Under the pieces are notes generated by a model, which saw only the letters and a list, made by a program, of their open reading frames with translations, did not search any database and was not told the origin of the DNA. This document shows, one piece after another, positions 62,301-64,000 of a DNA stretch of 64,000 bases. The position numbers and the translations under genes were made by a program. Every line of letters starts with the position of its first letter. Position 1 is the stretch's first letter. Origin of the DNA: Phoronis australis (taxonomy: Eukaryota > Animalia > Phoronida); contig NMRA01000171.1 in assembly GCA_002633005.1 (NCBI GenBank), positions 664,669 to 728,668 on the forward strand, written 5' to 3'.

Positions 62301-63836
62301 TCAAAGTAAAGTCATCACAAGACTATACTCCTGGTAACTCTGGAAGAGATTGTAGAAGCAAGAAATAACAGCGTTTTTTGCATAAGCGAGGCCTACCGTG
62401 GTACTCATCTCCGCAATGTTGCTTCAAAGATATGATCTCTGTTGGCCCAAAGTCTGTGACCTTAAGTACCCATCGATTGTCTACAACACAGTTTGAACTC
62501 TTCAATCGCCCATGAGATTTCAGTTTGGAGTTGTGCAAGTATGACATCCCCTGTGAATATTCAAATGTAAACAAAACAAAAACCATTAGTGCCAGGAAAT
62601 ATTCTAAATAATTGTGCACGAGTAATAACATATTAAAGTATATCAAAACAATCCTTATCATGTTATTTTATTTCCAATCAGCACATGAGTCATAGAATAA
62701 CGTGGCCATTTTACGTACTATATTTTAAAAATGCTTAAATTAAAACTTTCACTTACAATTGCGTTCATATTATTATCATCACCGTTATTAATAATATTAT
62801 CATTACCGCTACTGTTGCTGTTACTCAAGCTGCTGCTGCTGGTGCTGATGGTGGTGGTGCTGCTGGTGCTGCTACTGCTGCTGCTGCTGCTGCTACTACT
62901 ACTATCACTACTACTATTACTACTGCTACCTTTCCTTTTAAAGTTATAACAGCACACAAATAATTTTAAAACCGACTTAAGGATCTAGAAACCAGTCTCA
63001 AGCCTCTAGCATTATAGTCTAGGGGGATGTAAGAGAGGCGTGCTCTACTACTAGTCCACAGTTCCTCCTCGAGGAAGCGTTGCTTTTACAAAGATGGGAC
63101 GTGTTCGAAAAGGAACAAACTCTGTTCATCTGATCGTTAATAAGAGGATTTCGAAACTGAAGAAACTTTACCGTCACAACGCAACTGTCTGATCTTAATA
63201 TCGTCAAGAGGAAAGAAATGAATTGAAACTTGTTCGTAAAGTTCATTAGTCACATTTTCAACAAATCAATGACTGTCACTACAGTGTACTAATTCATTAA
63301 GGATACTAGCCAAATAGATGAGGACACAAGGGGCCTTATACGTGCATGACCATCGGACAAATAAACAAATAAATAAAGACTCTTACCGCCGTTAAATCAC
63401 TTATGAAAGAGCATCTGAAAATCCAATCCAGCGAAATGTCCGTATTGTCTAAAATTTCCTGAAAATGGAAATGGATGCTAATCAACAGAGTAATATAGAT
63501 CTACAACAATAGAAAATGAGGTTTAAACGAATTAGCTACGAATTTATAAACAAGTCTTCATACCTTTTGATTCAGGCCACTAGCATGTATTATCAAGAAA
63601 TTGATGCCAAGCTGTTATTGGTCGGATTGGACTGATCTCTGGAAAACTGACAGTTCGTCCATGCATAATACCCGGCACAAATAAGTTGCTTAGTAACCCT
63701 CCAAGTAAAAATGAATACATGGCGTTCTTACCTCAAGGCTGCCCTTTTCACAGAATGCGAAAACCAGACAAAAATTCGGGGATTGAAGACTAGCGCCGAC
63801 AAAGGAGTTGATATTATCGTGCACCATATCGCGCAT
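48395..63836 (-). CDS. Receptor-type (NPR/speract-receptor-like) guanylyl cyclase, 3' part: kinase-homology domain, coiled coil and cyclase domain (5' exons lie beyond the right edge)
   Basis: Exons (minus strand): 63732-63836, 63387-63458, 62397-62550 ([23 protein letters not shown]), 58993-59136 (LWTAPE...[12 protein letters not shown]), 55059-55245, 54221-54358 ([16 protein letters not shown]...LLYEMLP), 52685-52877 ([12 protein letters not shown]...VYK), 50800-50986 ([13 protein letters not shown]), 49192-49275 ([18 protein letters not shown]), 48716-48807, 48395-48460 ([10 protein letters not shown]). Phases are all consistent; one intron has non-canonical ends. Confidence 0.95.
50987..52684 (-). 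other. Probable non-canonical AT-AA intron of the guanylyl cyclase
   Basis: TACAAG|ATGAGT...TTTTCTATTAA|GTCGAG restores YK|VETIGD at phase 0. Confidence 0.7.
53958..54192. mobile_element. MITE with ~30-bp imperfect TIRs
   Basis: GGGACAAGTTCCAAGAAAACTGACTTAGTTAA ... TTAACTTAAGTCAGTTTCTTGAAACGTGCCC. Confidence 0.6.
54892..54958. repeat. 16-bp tandem repeat x4
   Basis: CTTTAGTCTTAATTAA units. Confidence 0.9.
56100..56389 (+). mobile_element. LINE 3' tail ending in AATAAA plus (TTA)n
   Basis: Short hairpin TTAGCCTTTGGCTAA, then AATAAAG, then a long (TTA)n tract. Confidence 0.5.
57115..57501. mobile_element. Foldback-like element with TIRs and internal ~21-22-bp subrepeats in inverted arms
   Basis: CATTTTAGTTAAATTACTTTTT ... 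AAAAAGTAATTTACCTAAAATG, with repeated GGGTGGAAATAWTT units. Confidence 0.6.
62810..62930. repeat. (CTG/GTG/CTA)n compound microsatellite, intronic
   Basis: Trinucleotide tract between cyclase exons; it produces the poly-L and poly-S ORFs in the track. Confidence 0.9.
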
Positions 63837-64000
63837 CTGGCAAAGAAGAAAAAGCTTAACTGATTTAACCCAACGACGTATGACTTGGGCATTCAAACAT
63901 ACTAAATAAAGTATATAGTTGTCATTTTACAAACACTAAAATTTACGCGAAAATTTGAAAACGGCAATGCAGTTTCGTTTATCAATAAGAACAATGAGAC

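Overview
Invertebrate (bilaterian, plausibly lophotrochozoan) nuclear DNA, AT-rich, with spliceosomal introns and two N gaps. It holds three protein-coding genes. (1) The 5' part of COG4 on the minus strand: 8 coding exons, ATG at 6710, running off the left edge. (2) A complete SF3B3/SAP130 on the plus strand: 22 coding exons, 9108-30390, 1216 aa, head-to-head with COG4 across a very compact shared promoter. (3) The 3' part of a receptor guanylyl cyclase on the minus strand: 11 exons covering the kinase-homology and cyclase domains, stop at 48395. SF3B3 introns host six copies of one H/ACA snoRNA (predicted 28S Psi4521/Psi4420 guide, human numbering) and two copies of a SNORD126-like C/D snoRNA, one snoRNA per intron, plus a candidate poison exon. 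The most unusual signal is a probable U2-type AT-AA intron splitting the catalytic YK|VETIGD motif of the cyclase. The intergenic region has nested TEs: Helentron/HINE elements with ~143-bp-periodic CTCF-like motifs, and L1/Tx1, hAT and Penelope relics. It also has a 55-bp VNTR carrying STAT/ETS and CRE motifs. All coordinates were read by eye. Family names and rRNA positions come from recalled reference sequences, not from database searches.
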